From Squalus acanthias (lineage: Eukaryota): a DNA stretch of 64,000 bases. Positions within the stretch are counted from its first letter, which is position 1. Each line of letters begins with the position of its first letter. Positions 12,410 through 24,660 of this stretch are shown here, piece by piece. The notes under the pieces were generated by a model. The model was not told the origin of the DNA and ran no database searches. It worked only from the letters and a program-made list of their open reading frames with translations. The stretch spans positions 30,320,001 to 30,384,000 of the forward strand of contig CM059432.1 in assembly GCA_030390025.1 (NCBI GenBank), given 5' to 3'. The translations under genes were made by a program, and so were the position numbers.

Positions 12410-12782
12410 AGAAGGAAGAACCTGCAAAAATTGCCTTTAAGAACCTCAGGATGCTCCAAAGCACTTGAGAATCAATAACTTACTTTTGAATTTTAGTCAC
12501 TGTTGTAATGTAGGAAGCACGGAAGCCAGTTTGCACGCAGCAACCTCTCACAAGCAGCAATGAGATAATGACCAGTTAAGCTGTTTTAATGATGTTGATT
12601 GAAGGATAAATACTGGCCAAGATACTGGGGAGAACTTCCCTGCTTTTCTTTAAAATAGTGCCATGAGATCTTTTACATCCACCTGAGAGGGCAGACAGAG
12701 CCTCGGTTTAACGCCTCATCTGAACAATCGCACCTCCGACAGTGCAGCACTCCCTGAGGTGTCAGCCGAGATTATGTGCTCC
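12410..12782 (-). mobile_element. Deu-domain SINE (SacSINE1/AmnSINE-like)
   Basis: CCTCGGTTTAACGCCTCATCTGAA...CACCTCCGACAGTGCAGC core shared with the other copies in the window. Confidence 0.8.
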
Positions 12783-13849
12783 TAATAAGAATTTATTGGC
12801 TCGTATGACTGTGCTCTTATTGTGATCAATAATTCTGGGGATGAAAGTATTCCTTAAATCTGAATCTGATGAAAGAATATTCCTAAACTGATGATTGTCC
12901 GTCCAACATTTTGATTCAACTATTATCCTTAAGCTACGATATTACTGAAACGTTTGTGCGAGGCATGATTAGGATTTTATTTTCAATTTACTAATTAAAA
13001 GATTAATTTTTAAATAAATGAATGCTGTCATCCAATCTTGTATGGTGTGTGTAATTAACTTTGTGCACCTGGCAGACGTGTTTTGATCATTTTTTGATCA
13101 GTTATCCCCGTGCTTGTTTCGATTTAACCAAATTACTATTCTCTGGTTTAGGTGCTCTAAGGCCTATCTAATGCATTACTTTGCTGGATAAATCCCCTCC
13201 ACTGCACAATAGTTTTTCTCTGTGTTTTTATAAATTGCACATAACTTTCTCTGCAGAGTTGGAAATGTGGATTAGAGGGAGAGAAGCAGCGATCGGGAGA
13301 GGGAGGTGACGATTGCAAGAGGGAGGGGTGCGATCGGGAGGTGGGGAGAAGGGGGTGCGATTGGGAGGTGGGGGGAAGGGGGTGCGATCGAGAGGGGGGG
13401 TGAAGGGGGCGCGATCAGGAGGTGGGGGGGAAGGGTGTGCAATCGGGTCAGGAGGAGCGCTCCTGCACCTCCCAGCTCCACATTCAGGTAAGTATTTTTA
13501 GAAGCTTACCTTTTTGGTGGCGGCCTGAAGGTTGCATGTAGACCACGTTTTCCTAAATGCAGCAGGCCCTTTTCCTCTCTCTCTATTTCTAACTCTTATT
13601 GCAGTATAGATTCCTAGCTTTTCTGCTTCTTGTATCTGTACAGAACTTATTTCTGGCATGTTTGCTTGGCTCAGTTGGTAGCCCTCTCACCTCTGAATGA
13701 GAAGATTTTGGGTTGAAGTCCCATTCAAGGACTTAACCATATAATATACCATCAATGATCCTCTAGTGCAGTGCTGAGGGCATGATGCATTCCCAGAGAT
13801 ACTGCATGCATATAACGAAAGCCATGCTGCCACATGGAATCTGAAAAGG

Positions 13850-16800
13850 CAGACTTTGGCGTGCTTAAACCACGCTTCCGCTGCCTAGACCGCTCTGGAG
13901 GAGCCTTGCCATACTCGCCAGAGCGCGTCTCAAGATTTGTCGTGGTCTGCTGCATGCTCCACAACCTCGCCATCACGAGGGCACAGCCCTTGCCACCACG
14001 TATACGCCGAAGAGCTGAGGATAAGGAGGAGGAGCAGGAAGGGACGAGGCAACCCAGACAGCCCCTTTTTGGCCGGGCTGTCCGTGACTCATTTGATTAC
14101 GGTACCAGTGAACCCAACTCCAATTTCCCATTCACAGAATCATAGAAATTTACAGCACAGAAGGAGGCCATTGCCGGCCGACAAAGAGCTATTCACCCTA
14201 ATCCCACTTTCCAGCACTTGGTCCGTAGTCTTGTAGGTTACGGCACTTCAAGTGCATATCCAAGTACTTTTTAAATGTGATGAGGGTCTCTGCCTCTATC
14301 ACCCTTTCAGGCAGTGAGTTCCAGACCCCCACCACCACCTGGGTGAAAAAATTTCTCCTCAATGCCCCTCTAAACCTCCGACCAATTACTTTAAATCTAT
14401 GCCCCCTGGCTATCGACCCTTCTGCTAAGGGAAATAGGTCCTTCCTATCCACTCTATCTAGGCCCCTCATAATTTTATACACCTCAATTAGGTCTCCCCT
14501 CAACCTCCTCTGTTCCAAAGAAAACAACCCCAGCCTATCCGATCATTCCTCATAGCTAAGATTCCCCAGTCCAGGCAACATCCTCGTAAATCTCCTCTGC
14601 ACCCCCTCTAGTGCAATCACATCCTTCCTGTAATGTGGTGACCAGAACTGCACGCAGTATTCTAGTTGTGGCCTAACTAGTGTTTTATACAGTTCAAGCA
14701 TAACCTCCCTGCTCTTATATTCTATGCCTCGGCTAATAAAGGCAAGTATCCCGTATGCCTTCTTAACCACCTTATCTACCTGTCCTGCTACCTTCAGGGA
14801 TCTGTGGACATGCACTCCAGTGTCCCTCTGATCTTCTGTACTTCTCAGTGTCCTACCATTTATTGTGTATTCCCTTGCCTTGTTAGCCCTCTCCAAATGC
14901 ATTAACTCACACTTCTCCAGATTGAATTCCATTTGCCACTGTTCTGCCCACCTGACCAGTCCATTGATATCTTCCTCTAGTCTTCATTATTAACCACACA
15001 GCTAATTTTTGTATCATCTGCAAACTTCTTAATCATACTTCCTACATTCAAGTCCAAATCATTGATATATACCACAAAAAGCGAAGGACCCAGTACTGAG
15101 CCCTGCGGAACCCCAGGAAACAGGCTTCCAGTCACAAAAACACCCTTCGACCATTACCCTTTGTTTCCTGCTTCTGAGCCAATTTTGGATCCAACTTGCC
15201 ACTTTGCCTCGGATCCCATGGGCTTTTACTTTCGTGATCAGTCTGCCATGCAGGACCTTATCAAAGGCCTTGCTAAAATCCATATAGACTACATCAAACG
15301 CACTACGCTCATCGACCCTCTTTGTTACCTCCTCAAAAAATTCAATCAAGTTAATCAGACATGACCTTCCCTTAATAAATCCATGCTGACTGTCCCTGAT
15401 TAATCCGTGTCTTTCTAAATGAAGATTTATCCTGTCCCACAGAATTTTTTCCAATAATTTTCCCACCACCGAGGTTAGGCTGACTGGCCTGTAATTACTC
15501 GGTCTATCACTTTCTCCCTTTTTAAACAACAGTACCACATTAGCAGTCCTCTGGCACCACACCTGTTGCCAGAGAGGATTGGAAAATGATGGTTAGAGCC
15601 TCCGCTATTTCCTCTCTTACTTCTCTTAACAGTCTGGGATACATTTCATCTGGACCTGGGGATTTATCCACTTTCAAAGATGCTAAACCCCTTAATACTT
15701 CATCTAATATTTCACACTCCTCCTCCCTGATTGCAATGCCTGCATCATCCCTCTCCTTTGTGAAAACAGACACAAAGTATTCATTAAGAACCATATCCAT
15801 GTCTTCCGCTTCCAAACACAGGTTACTTTTATGGTCCCTAATCGGCCCTACTCTTACTTTAATTATCCTCTTGCTCTTAATGTATTTATAAAACATCGTT
15901 GGGTTTTCCTTGATTTTACTGGCCAATATTTTTTCATGCCCTCTCTTTGCTTTCCTAATTTTCTTTTTAATTTCACCCCTGCACTTTCTATACTCCTCGG
16001 CTTTCTGCAGTATTGAATCCTCGGTATCTGTCATAAGCTTCCCTTTTTTTCTTTATCCTACCCTGTATGCCCCTTGACATCCAGGGAGCTCTAGATTTGT
16101 TAGTCCCACCCTTTTGCATTAAGGGAACATACTTGTTCTGAACCCTCACTATCTCCTCCTTGAATGCCTCCCACTGCTCCAACACTGATTTACCTTCAAG
16201 TGTCTGTCTCCAGTCCACTTTGGCTAAATCACCTCTCAGCTTAGTAAAATTGGCCTTTCCCCAATTGAGAACTTTTATTCCTGGTCTATCCTTGTCCTTT
16301 TCCATAATTATCCTAAATCTAGCTGAATTATGATCACTACCACCAATATGCTCTCCCACCGATACCCTTTCTACCTGCCCAGCTTCATTCCCTAAAACTA
16401 GGTCCAGAACCTCCCCCTCTCTTGTTGGGCTTGCTATGGACTGGCTAAAAAAGTTCTCCTGAATGCATTTTAAGAATTCTGCTCCCTCTATGCCTTTCAC
16501 ACTAATTTTATCCCAGTTAATATTAGGGAAGTTGAAATCCCCTACTATTACTGCCCTATTTTTGCACCAACAATCCCACATCTTACCTTCCCTCTGTTAC
16601 TGACCATCACAGCGTCCTCTTGGCCACAATGTTACAATAAAAGGCACCACAAAACAACATTCCAAACCAAATTTATAAATCAGCTCATCCAATATTACAT
16701 ACCAAGTCAACTAATCACCTTTGTGCATTCCCTTAGTGCCTGTCTTCCATGTGCCTTTGCCTGTCCCAGTGCTCTTACGCAGTGCTACCCCAGTGGCTGC

Positions 16801-17260
16801 AGCATGGCTGGTACAAGGCTGCTGACTTTCAGTGGGGGAGACTGCAGATGGCCTTGGAGGACGATCTCAAGCAGCTCTGGGCCTAGAAGGCTCGGCTGCG
16901 GACTACACCACCTCGGCATGGGCAGCAGCAGTCTGAGCTGGCTGGCTGACAGGCAAAAACAAGGGCACTGGCAGAGTGGTAGTGGTGGAAGGACGAATGC
17001 TCTCTTCCTGAGAGAGGATAGCAGGATCGTGCTACATGGAGTCACTGCCACTCCCCCAGGGCGGCGCCTCAGCAACCCATGTAATTTGTTGGAGGAAAGA
17101 TTGCTGGACTGCTGTGACACCCTGTAAGCCTCTTTCAACACTGGTAAACGCAGCCATAATGGCAGCAGTCTCTGCTTGTGTGGCAGCAAACTGCGCTTGC
17201 ATGGCAACAAGCTGAGCTTGCATAACTTCAGTCAGCTTCCACTGCAGCACTGATGGAACG
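13850..17260 (+). mobile_element. Internal fragment of a second Harbinger family (transposase 3' end on +, Myb gene 3' end on -), split by a CR1
   Basis: [38 protein letters not shown] at ~13860-13975. 16565-17260 aligns with 19900-20600. Confidence 0.85.
14136..16564 (-). mobile_element. 5'-truncated CR1 LINE (ORF2 pseudogene)
   Basis: VGDFNFP, GGSDHN, KSPGPD, NYRPVSLTS, DFSKAFDKV and RPQLEYC motifs; 3' tail at 14136. Confidence 0.93.
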
Positions 17261-17815
17261 GGCGTGGCCTTCGAGACACACGACAACGCAAAATCATCGA
17301 GCAGAAACTGATAGCCAAGTTCCGCACCCATGAGGACGGCCTCAACCGGGATCTTGGGTTCATGTCACGCTACATGTAACCCCACCTGACGTAGAGTCAT
17401 CCAGACTCGAGTCGTCGTTGGCTTGTTCACAGATGTGATTTCCAGTAAAAAAAAAGTAAAAAGTTTAAAGTTTTTGGTTTTCCATACAGACTGCAGCCTC
17501 TGCCACGTTAGACCCCCTGTGACCCCACCTCATTGTCTTTGTTGTATTTTGCTATCGTCTTTGATGTAATGTCTTCCTGACTGACCTGGTTGTATTTGAT
17601 TGCCGTGATTGTCTCTCTGCCGAGTTGTGATAAAGGGCAGTCAGAAAGATTAACTGGTAGTCGTCTGGCATTGTTCTCTGCACAGGCATTGTTCTCTGTC
17701 TATATATGCTGTGCCCATTTGTATTTCTTCACTTCACCTGACGAAGGAGCAGCCGCTCCGAAAGCTTGTGATTTCAAATAAAACTGTTGGACTATAACCT
17801 GGTGTTGTGCGACTC
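17261..17815 (+). mobile_element. Penelope-like element 3' end / pseudo-LTR
   Basis: Encodes GLRDTRQRKIIEQKLIAKFRTHEDGLNRDLGFMSRYM* (GIY-YIG C-terminus, stop 17377-17379), followed by hammerhead motifs and AATAAA. Confidence 0.85.
17734..17771 (+). ncRNA. Minimal type I hammerhead ribozyme motif
   Basis: UCAC-CUGACGA-A-GGAGC-AGCC-GCUCC-GAAA-GC-UU-GUGA: core boxes, paired stems I and II, palindromic AAGCUU stem III. Confidence 0.8.
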
Positions 17816-18529
17816 ATCTCATGGATGTGTGTGACATCTGTGTGCAAAATGGCTGCCTCATTTGCCTAGCTAAAAATTTTGTAAATTTATTACAATTGGG
17901 ACACTTTAAGATGTGCTGTTAAAGTGTAAGTCTTACTTTCAATGCAATAAATCCTGTACTTAAAGGAGATTGTGAAATAGAATAGTAGTGGAATAAAAGT
18001 GTGTAATTAATGTAGATGTTAAATAATGTAGTTGTTCCAGCACAGTTTAAAGAGTGCGTCTCTCCATCAGGAACCCTGTTTGGAAAAAATCAAGCAATTA
18101 CAAAACAATACAATCAAGTGTAACATCTTCAGGGGGATTTTATATCTTTTTTTCTGTTGAATTTTTAGTCGTATTTTTTGTTTTGCGTAGTGTGCACCAA
18201 GAATATTATATGGGTACTGGCTTCGGGGAGTTTCTGAGGCCAGCAGTGCGAGGGAGTTGAATTAATGTGCACACAATTGAAATGGCATGATTGATGAATC
18301 ACATTGGGTGACTGTACTTCTAATGATGTTAACTTGACTCACACCCACTGTCAGGCTCAGCAACTCCTTTGAGCCTCAATTATATAATTTGAAGAAACTT
18401 TTTACAGAAAAGAGTTTTAATCGGACAAAATAGGTTATTAGACCCAGAAGACCATTCTCGTTTGATTGATCTAAATCCCCATCTGCCACTTTCTCAGCAT
18501 CACTTTTCTCATGAAGCCATCCAAAAGGA

Positions 18530-18970
18530 AGAAGGAACTTGCATTTACATAGCACCTTTAAATAACATCCCAAAGCACTTTACAGTAATTCTGAAGTGTA
18601 GTCGCTGTTGTATTACAGGAAGCACAGCAGCCAATTTGTGCACAGCAAGCTCCCGCAAACGGCAATGAAATAAATGACCAGATCATCTTTTTTTAAGTGT
18701 TGGTTGAGGGATAAATGTTGGACACCAGGAGAACTCCCCTGCTCATCTTCAAATAGTGCCGAAGGATCTTTTACATCCACCTGAGAGGGAAGATGGGGCC
18801 TCGGTTTAACCCCTCACCCGAAAGGTGGCACCTCCGACAGTGCAGCAACTTCCTCAGTACTGCACTAGGGTGTCAGCCTAGATTTTGTGCTCAAGTCTCT
18901 GGAGTGTGGCTTGAATCCACAACCTTCTGACTCAGAGGGGAGAGTGCTACCACTCAGCCAAGGCTGACAC
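18530..18970 (-). mobile_element. Deu-domain tRNA SINE, near full length
   Basis: TTGCATTTACATAGCACC tail, Deu core, tRNA-like head (18900-18960). Confidence 0.85.
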
Positions 18971-19184
18971 GATCTGCATTTGCTTCAATGGCCTTCCCTG
19001 GCAACTTACTTCACAACTGTACTAACACTTGGAGAAAATCATTTCAAACTGATTTCCCTTCTTATTCCTAATTTTAACCTTTTTGGCCCTGGTATTTAAA
19101 TATTTTGCCACAATGAGCAAAAAAAAGAAACTCTTTCAGAAACATCTCGAGGCACTTCACATACAATTAATTATTTTGAAATTC

Positions 19185-19612
19185 ATGACCACCGGACGTC
19201 TCAAAGCGCTTTACAGCCAATTAAGTACTTTTTGAAGTGGAGTCACTGTTGTAATGTGGGAAACGTGGCAGCCAATTGGCGTACTGCAAGCTCCCACAAA
19301 CAGCAATGTGATAATGACCAGATAATCTGTTTTTGTTATGTTGGTTGAGGGAGAAATATTGGCCAGGACACCAGGGATAGCTCACCTGCTCTTCTTCGAA
19401 ATAGTGCCATGGGATCTTTTACGTCCACCTGAGAGAGCAGACGGTGCCTCGGTTTAAATCTCATCCGAAAGACGCCACCTCCGACAGTGCAGCACTCCCT
19501 CAGCACTGCACTGGCGTGTCAGCCTCGCTTTATGTGCTCAAGTACCTGGAGTGGGACTTGAAACCACAATCTTCTGACTCAGAAGCGAGTGTGCTACCAA
19601 CTGACAAGCTGA
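19185..19612 (-). mobile_element. Deu-domain tRNA SINE
   Basis: Same architecture as 18530-18970. Confidence 0.85.
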
Positions 19613-21969
19613 CCACTCGGGAGGAGCCCTTCAGTACTCGCCGGAGCGGGTGTCCCATTTCATCATGGTCTGCTGCATGCCCCACAATCTGGCCATCATG
19701 AGGGCCCAGCCATTGCCAGCAGGATTGTGGGACCACCTCAGGAGGAGGAAGAGGAGGAGGAGGACGAGGAGGAAGAGGAAGATGATGATGAGGAGGAGGA
19801 GGAATAGGAGCGAGGGAGGAGGCAACCACTCAATCGGCCTGCTAGAAGGGCGGTCCGTGACCGTCTCATCAGACTGTGGTTCCAGTAAATTCAGCCTCAG
19901 ATCCCCGTTGCTCACCACATCCCCATCATTCCATCCCTGTCGCAGGCCATATCACAGCGCACAGCTGAAATGAGAGACAGTGCAAAATTATCCGAAGTGA
20001 ATTAATAAATTTCTCAATAATCAGTGAACACATCTTTACAACAACAATATTTACTATTCACCCTTGTGCAATTACTTAGTGCCTCTTGTTATTGTGCCTT
20101 TGCCTACTTTAGTGCTCCTATGAAGTGTTGGCCCAGTGGCTGCAGCATAGCTGGTGGAAGGTTGCTGAGTGTCCGTGCGGGAGACTTCAGATGGCCTTGC
20201 AGGACGCCCTCGACCAGCTCTGGGCCTGGAAGGCCCGGCTGTAGACTGCACCACCTCAGCACGGGCAGCAGCAGTCTGGGCTTGCTGGATGATAGGCAGC
20301 GACAAGGGCAATGGCGGAGTGGCAGTGGTGGGAGCAGGAATGCTATCATCGTGAGAGAGGTCAGCAGGTTCCTGCTCCACTGACCCACTGCCACTCCTCC
20401 GGGGCAGCACCTCAGCATCCCTAGCAATCTGTTGGAGCACAGATTGCTGGCCTGCTGCGACACCGTGAAAGCCCCGGTCGACGGTGGTAGACCCAGCCAC
20501 GATGGTAGCAGTCAGAGCTTGTGTGGCATCAAGCATAGACTGCATTACAGCACTAAGACGTTGCGTCGCTTCCGCCTGTGCTGCAATGGAAGCTGCCAGA
20601 TCACCCATCACACGTGGCATCAGGTCTGGGTCAGCACGGTCTCTCTGGGAGTCCACCATCCTTTCAAGACTGGAAATGATGGGCTCCATGGTGTGCGTAG
20701 AGGTTTGTGCAATGTTGCAGGTGGACTCCTCCACGCTCCTTACCATTGCCGACAGGCTCTCAGACACTCTTGCCATTGCACCTATGATCTCCATGTGCAT
20801 GCCCATCACCCTTCTTCCAAAGGCCTCCCCATCGAAATCCTCATCTGAGTCCTGTGCAGCAGAACTCACGCACGAACTTGCCCTCCGGGGAGCTGGCCCC
20901 CGAGCTACCCTTTCCCCCTGGCCTTGCTGCAGCCCACTCGTTCCTGGTGCCTCACCCTGTGCAGATCCCGCTACTATACTAGCCTCTAAAGAATGCGTAG
21001 TGCCAGTATCTGAGCTGGTGGCTGCGGGTGAGACATGCAGTGACGCGGTGTGCTCTTCCTCCTCCTCTTTTCCCGCATCGCTCTCAATGGTGCCCTCAGT
21101 GACAGGCTGCTCTGGTGCTTGCTCATTATTTGAAAGCATAAAAGCACAAGAGACGGGTTAAGGTGAGGGCAGGGGATCAGGAAGGGAGAATTGCATGCAT
21201 GCAACATGATTAGCTGGAAAGTGCAAAAGGCTTGTGGGGTGAGGGGGAAGTGGGATGTGAGAAGAAGGAGTAGGGATGAACATACCGTTGTTGTCCCCAA
21301 GGGGGTCAACGTCGCTGGTGGCCACGGCGCCCACCACCTGGTGCCTAATAATCTCCAGCACTCTATTTTCCATCGCAGACAGTGGTTGGGTGTCGGCTTT
21401 CCTGCACTGTGTGTGAGTCCTGGGGACCACAGTGCTGCCCGAGACATGCAGCACTACCCCCCTCCACATGGCGCGGAAGACTTGTGGCGAGGGCCTCCTG
21501 CCAATTGTCGGGTAGAGCACCGCCCTCCGTCTCTCCACAGCAGACACCAACTCCTCCAATACTTGGTCCGAAAATCTGCGGGCTCTCTCCCTGGGGCGTG
21601 GATCTGCCATGAGTACAGCTGGTTGACTCATCTGGCACCTTGGACTTGGCCTGCTCCTGCTTGCTGACACAGGTTCACAGCCAGCAATGCTGAGAATGAG
21701 GTTCTGCAGCATGAATGAACCTCCCCTTTAAGAACTGGAAAGAGCCTGTGGCAATGATGACTTGCGATTAGACTGCAGCTGATATTGGTTAGCGCTTTGA
21801 GTGCAACACCACTGAGCTAGGCCGTTAGCGCTTGATTTAGCGCTCCCATCCTTTCTTTGAGCGATGACAATGAATTTTGTGTGCAGCGAGATTCATTGGT
21901 GCCTGCTGCTAAATCTCAAACTTTTCCAAAGTTACCGCCCATTCCTGGGCTATAATGAATTTCTCGCCC
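19613..21969 (+). mobile_element. Right portion of second-family Harbinger (transposase C-terminus plus Myb gene and one TIR)
   Basis: GGALQYSPERVSHFIMVCCM and a poly-E tail on +. On -, RERARRFSDQVLEELVSAVERRR...W...RTHTQCRK (Myb/SANT) and a 355-aa last exon. Ends GAATTTCTCGCCC then TTA. Confidence 0.87.
20072..21631 (-). pseudogene. Myb/SANT-like DNA-binding gene of second Harbinger family (internal deletion near 21395)
   Basis: Myb/SANT N-terminus fused directly to exon-2 sequence; GT donor near 21285; long open last exon ending in a basic tail. Confidence 0.75.
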
Positions 21970-22206
21970 TTACACTTTGACCAAGCTTTTGATCAGCCCT
22001 CTTAATATCTCCTTAGGCTCAACATTCATTTTCACCCCTCACACCTCTGTGAAATACTTGGGGTCATTTCTCGACATTAAAGGTGCGATATAAATGCAGG
22101 TTGTTTGTTTTGTTAATTTTTTTGTGATGCTGCTTTAAGGAGGAACATGAGTCGAAAATCCAGGCCAATTCTCTGCTCTTGTTCAAATAGTACCACAAGG
22201 TCTTTA

Positions 22207-23101
22207 GGGGTAAAAATTCAGTTGGTTGCGCCTCCCGTTAGTGCCTTAAGAGGGCGCTAATGGGGCGCAAAGCCGCTAACGCCCGGGCGCAGCGATGTTT
22301 GCGCCGCTCGGGAACTTAACTTGACATTGTGCGGCGGCGCTAAAACTTACCGCTGCGACCACCTGCGCGCGCAGATTGTGACGTCATTCCATGGTGCAAC
22401 GCCCTTGTGGCGCCCCGGAGCGGAAATTGAGTGGCGCCCCCTGCCTTACCGCCTGGCGCTTCCAACGACCAGAAGACTGGAACGCTATCAATCGCTGTGG
22501 GGCTGGGGGGGGGGCGCTATTTAAAGGGGGCCTCTTCCTGTCTTTTATTGTTGGTGGCATTTTTGAACTACGCATTCTGAGAGAGAGAGGGAGAGACTTC
22601 TGGAGAGATTCAACGTTGTGTGAAGGAGTTTTGGGTACTGAGCAGCACTTTGCAGGTTCATTTTGATTTGCCATTCCTTGTATCGATTTAGCAGAGACTG
22701 TGGGAGCTGCACTCTGAGCTCTTTGCCTGATACTCTCCATTGTTCTTTCCAGCACATTTGATGTGCAAGTCTCTCCAGGCCGAGATTCAAGGCTGCAATG
22801 AACAGGATGTGGATGGAAAGCAAGATTAACCATCCCCTTTAAGAACTGGCCCGTGCCATTGTGTGTGTGTTCCATTGCTGACTGACATTACATGAGCTTC
22901 GCCAGCGCTCTGAGTTAGCGCCTCACTGCTCGGCCTTTGCGCCTTAAGACAGGTGTGCAGCGCCTGCTTTAGCGCTCCACTCACCTCCCGGGGCGGTAAA
23001 AGTGAAGTTTCCAGTCAGTGCCGATAATTAGCGCCAGGCGCTAATATTTGCGTCCAGACGATATTTGCGCCCCAAATGGGGCGCGACCTAATTTCTACCC
23101 C
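22207..23101 (-). mobile_element. Harbinger-type non-autonomous element, inverted copy of 11456-12349
   Basis: TIRs GGGGTAAAAATT / AATTTCTACCCC, TTA TSD. Confidence 0.9.
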
Positions 23102-23901
23102 TTAGTCTTAGTTTAACATCTAATAATACAGCACCCCCTCAATACTTCACTTAATTGTCAGCCAAGATAAAATAATCAAATCTGTTGTGGGGCTTGAATA
23201 CATGACCTTCTGATTCTGACAATGGTACATGAGTGTATAAATTCTGGCAACAAAGTACAGCAGGATCTCTATTGAACTGTTGATGGAGATTGTTTCCCCA
23301 AAGTTCCGGATCAGCCCCAGATTTTAGCCCTCAAGGATTCCGCCAGACTCTCGCTGTAACTCTGGTGCGTGTTCAGCGGAACCTACCATAAAAAGGCTGG
23401 AGACCCAGTAACTCTGGGAATTCCTTGCTGACCTTGTGAGGGTCAGAACCTCTTCCTATCCTTCACAAGGCCAATGATGTAAAGGGAGGGGAAATGGGAG
23501 CGTGGACTCTCTACGCCAGGAGTTTCCATATCCCTGGCCCATAACACTGGAAGTTGGTATGATTAGAGAAAATGCTTATCAGCTTCCAGAGGGGCAAAAG
23601 TGGGCCCCATACAGGGTGGGCGTCCAACTGAGCGGAGCAGCTTGTACACCAAAGAGCAGCTTTGGTAATTTTTCTTTCGATAATTTGGATAAGCCCCTAG
23701 GCTGATGGAGAGCTGGATATGGCCTGGGCACCCTTCCCTCAATAGCGGGTAGTTACCGTACTTTCTGGCCACACTGGAGAAATGCCCCATGTGCTGCCGA
23801 TGAGTACTGGCCCCATGCAAGAACCTTGCTCTCCTGCTGACCCTGTGAACTCTGGTGGAGTAAGCACTGGAGAGCATTGGTGGGCATGAGCCCAGCATAA
23901 C

Positions 23902-24251
23902 TTTTCTTTAAATTCATTCTCGGGATGTGGGCATCACTGGCAAGGCCAATATTTATTGCCCATTCCTAGCTGCCCTGAGAGAGTCGTGGTGGGTCAACTA
24001 AATGGCTTGCCAGGCCACTTCAGAGGGCAGTTACGAGGTAACCACGTCGGTGTGGAACTGGAGTCAGATACTGGAGCCAGACCAGGTAAGGACGGCATGT
24101 TTCATTCCCTAAAGGACATTAGTGAACCAGTTGGGTTTTTAATGACAATCCGCTAGCTTCATGGTCTCTTTACTGATACCAGCTTTTTATTTCCTGATAC
24201 CTTTTAAACTGAATTCAAATTCTCAAACTGCCATAGTGTGATTTGAACTCC
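23902..24251 (-). mobile_element. tRNA-type SINE sharing both body and tail with the LINE at 60522-63678
   Basis: B-box GTTCAAATC on minus (~24240-24248). Body 23997-24180 matches 63501-63675; tail 23911-23992 matches 60531-60612. Confidence 0.85.
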
Positions 24252-24342
24252 CATGATAGAAGTATGGCAGGAAATCACTGATCCTATAAATTGGGGATTG
24301 GGGACTCGGGATAAAATAGAGAGTCACAAAAAATGGTTGGAT

Positions 24343-24660
24343 GGGGCTGGGTGATGAAGTGAGTTAGACATTGGCCTTTCAGCTCTGGGATCTAGGTCTG
24401 TATCCCGTTCAGACTGATGGTAATAAAGTTTTATTCTGTCTGTTGGCTATAACGGCTCAATATGAATGAGTTTGGCGTAGACTCAGTTAGCTTCCTAATG
24501 TACAAAGGCCCACAGCACCAAATTGGCACTAAAACTGGCAATCTCACTCAAGAGAGGCTGTTCTGGTGTGGGGAGTGAAAAGATTCAAATTGGTGCTGCA
24601 GGTTGTCCTCTTCTGATTTGGGATATAAGACGCATGAAGGAAGATTTTCACTGTCTGCTA
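24343..24660 (+). mobile_element. LF-SINE-like element (degenerate)
   Basis: tRNA-like head GGGGCTGGGTG...GCCTTTCAGCTCTGGGATC, then ATGAGTT, TTCCTA, AATTGGCACTAA and GAGAGGC in the order recalled for LF-SINE (from memory, not aligned). Confidence 0.6.

Noticed and set aside
18900..18965. tRNA gene
   Set aside because: It is the tRNA-derived head of a SINE, with no complete cloverleaf.
20484..21161. 225-aa plus-strand ORF
   Set aside because: Antisense shadow of the Harbinger Myb last exon.
11456..23101. Composite transposon or inversion bounded by the inverted twins
   Set aside because: Each copy has its own matched TSD, indicating independent insertions and no exchange of flanks.
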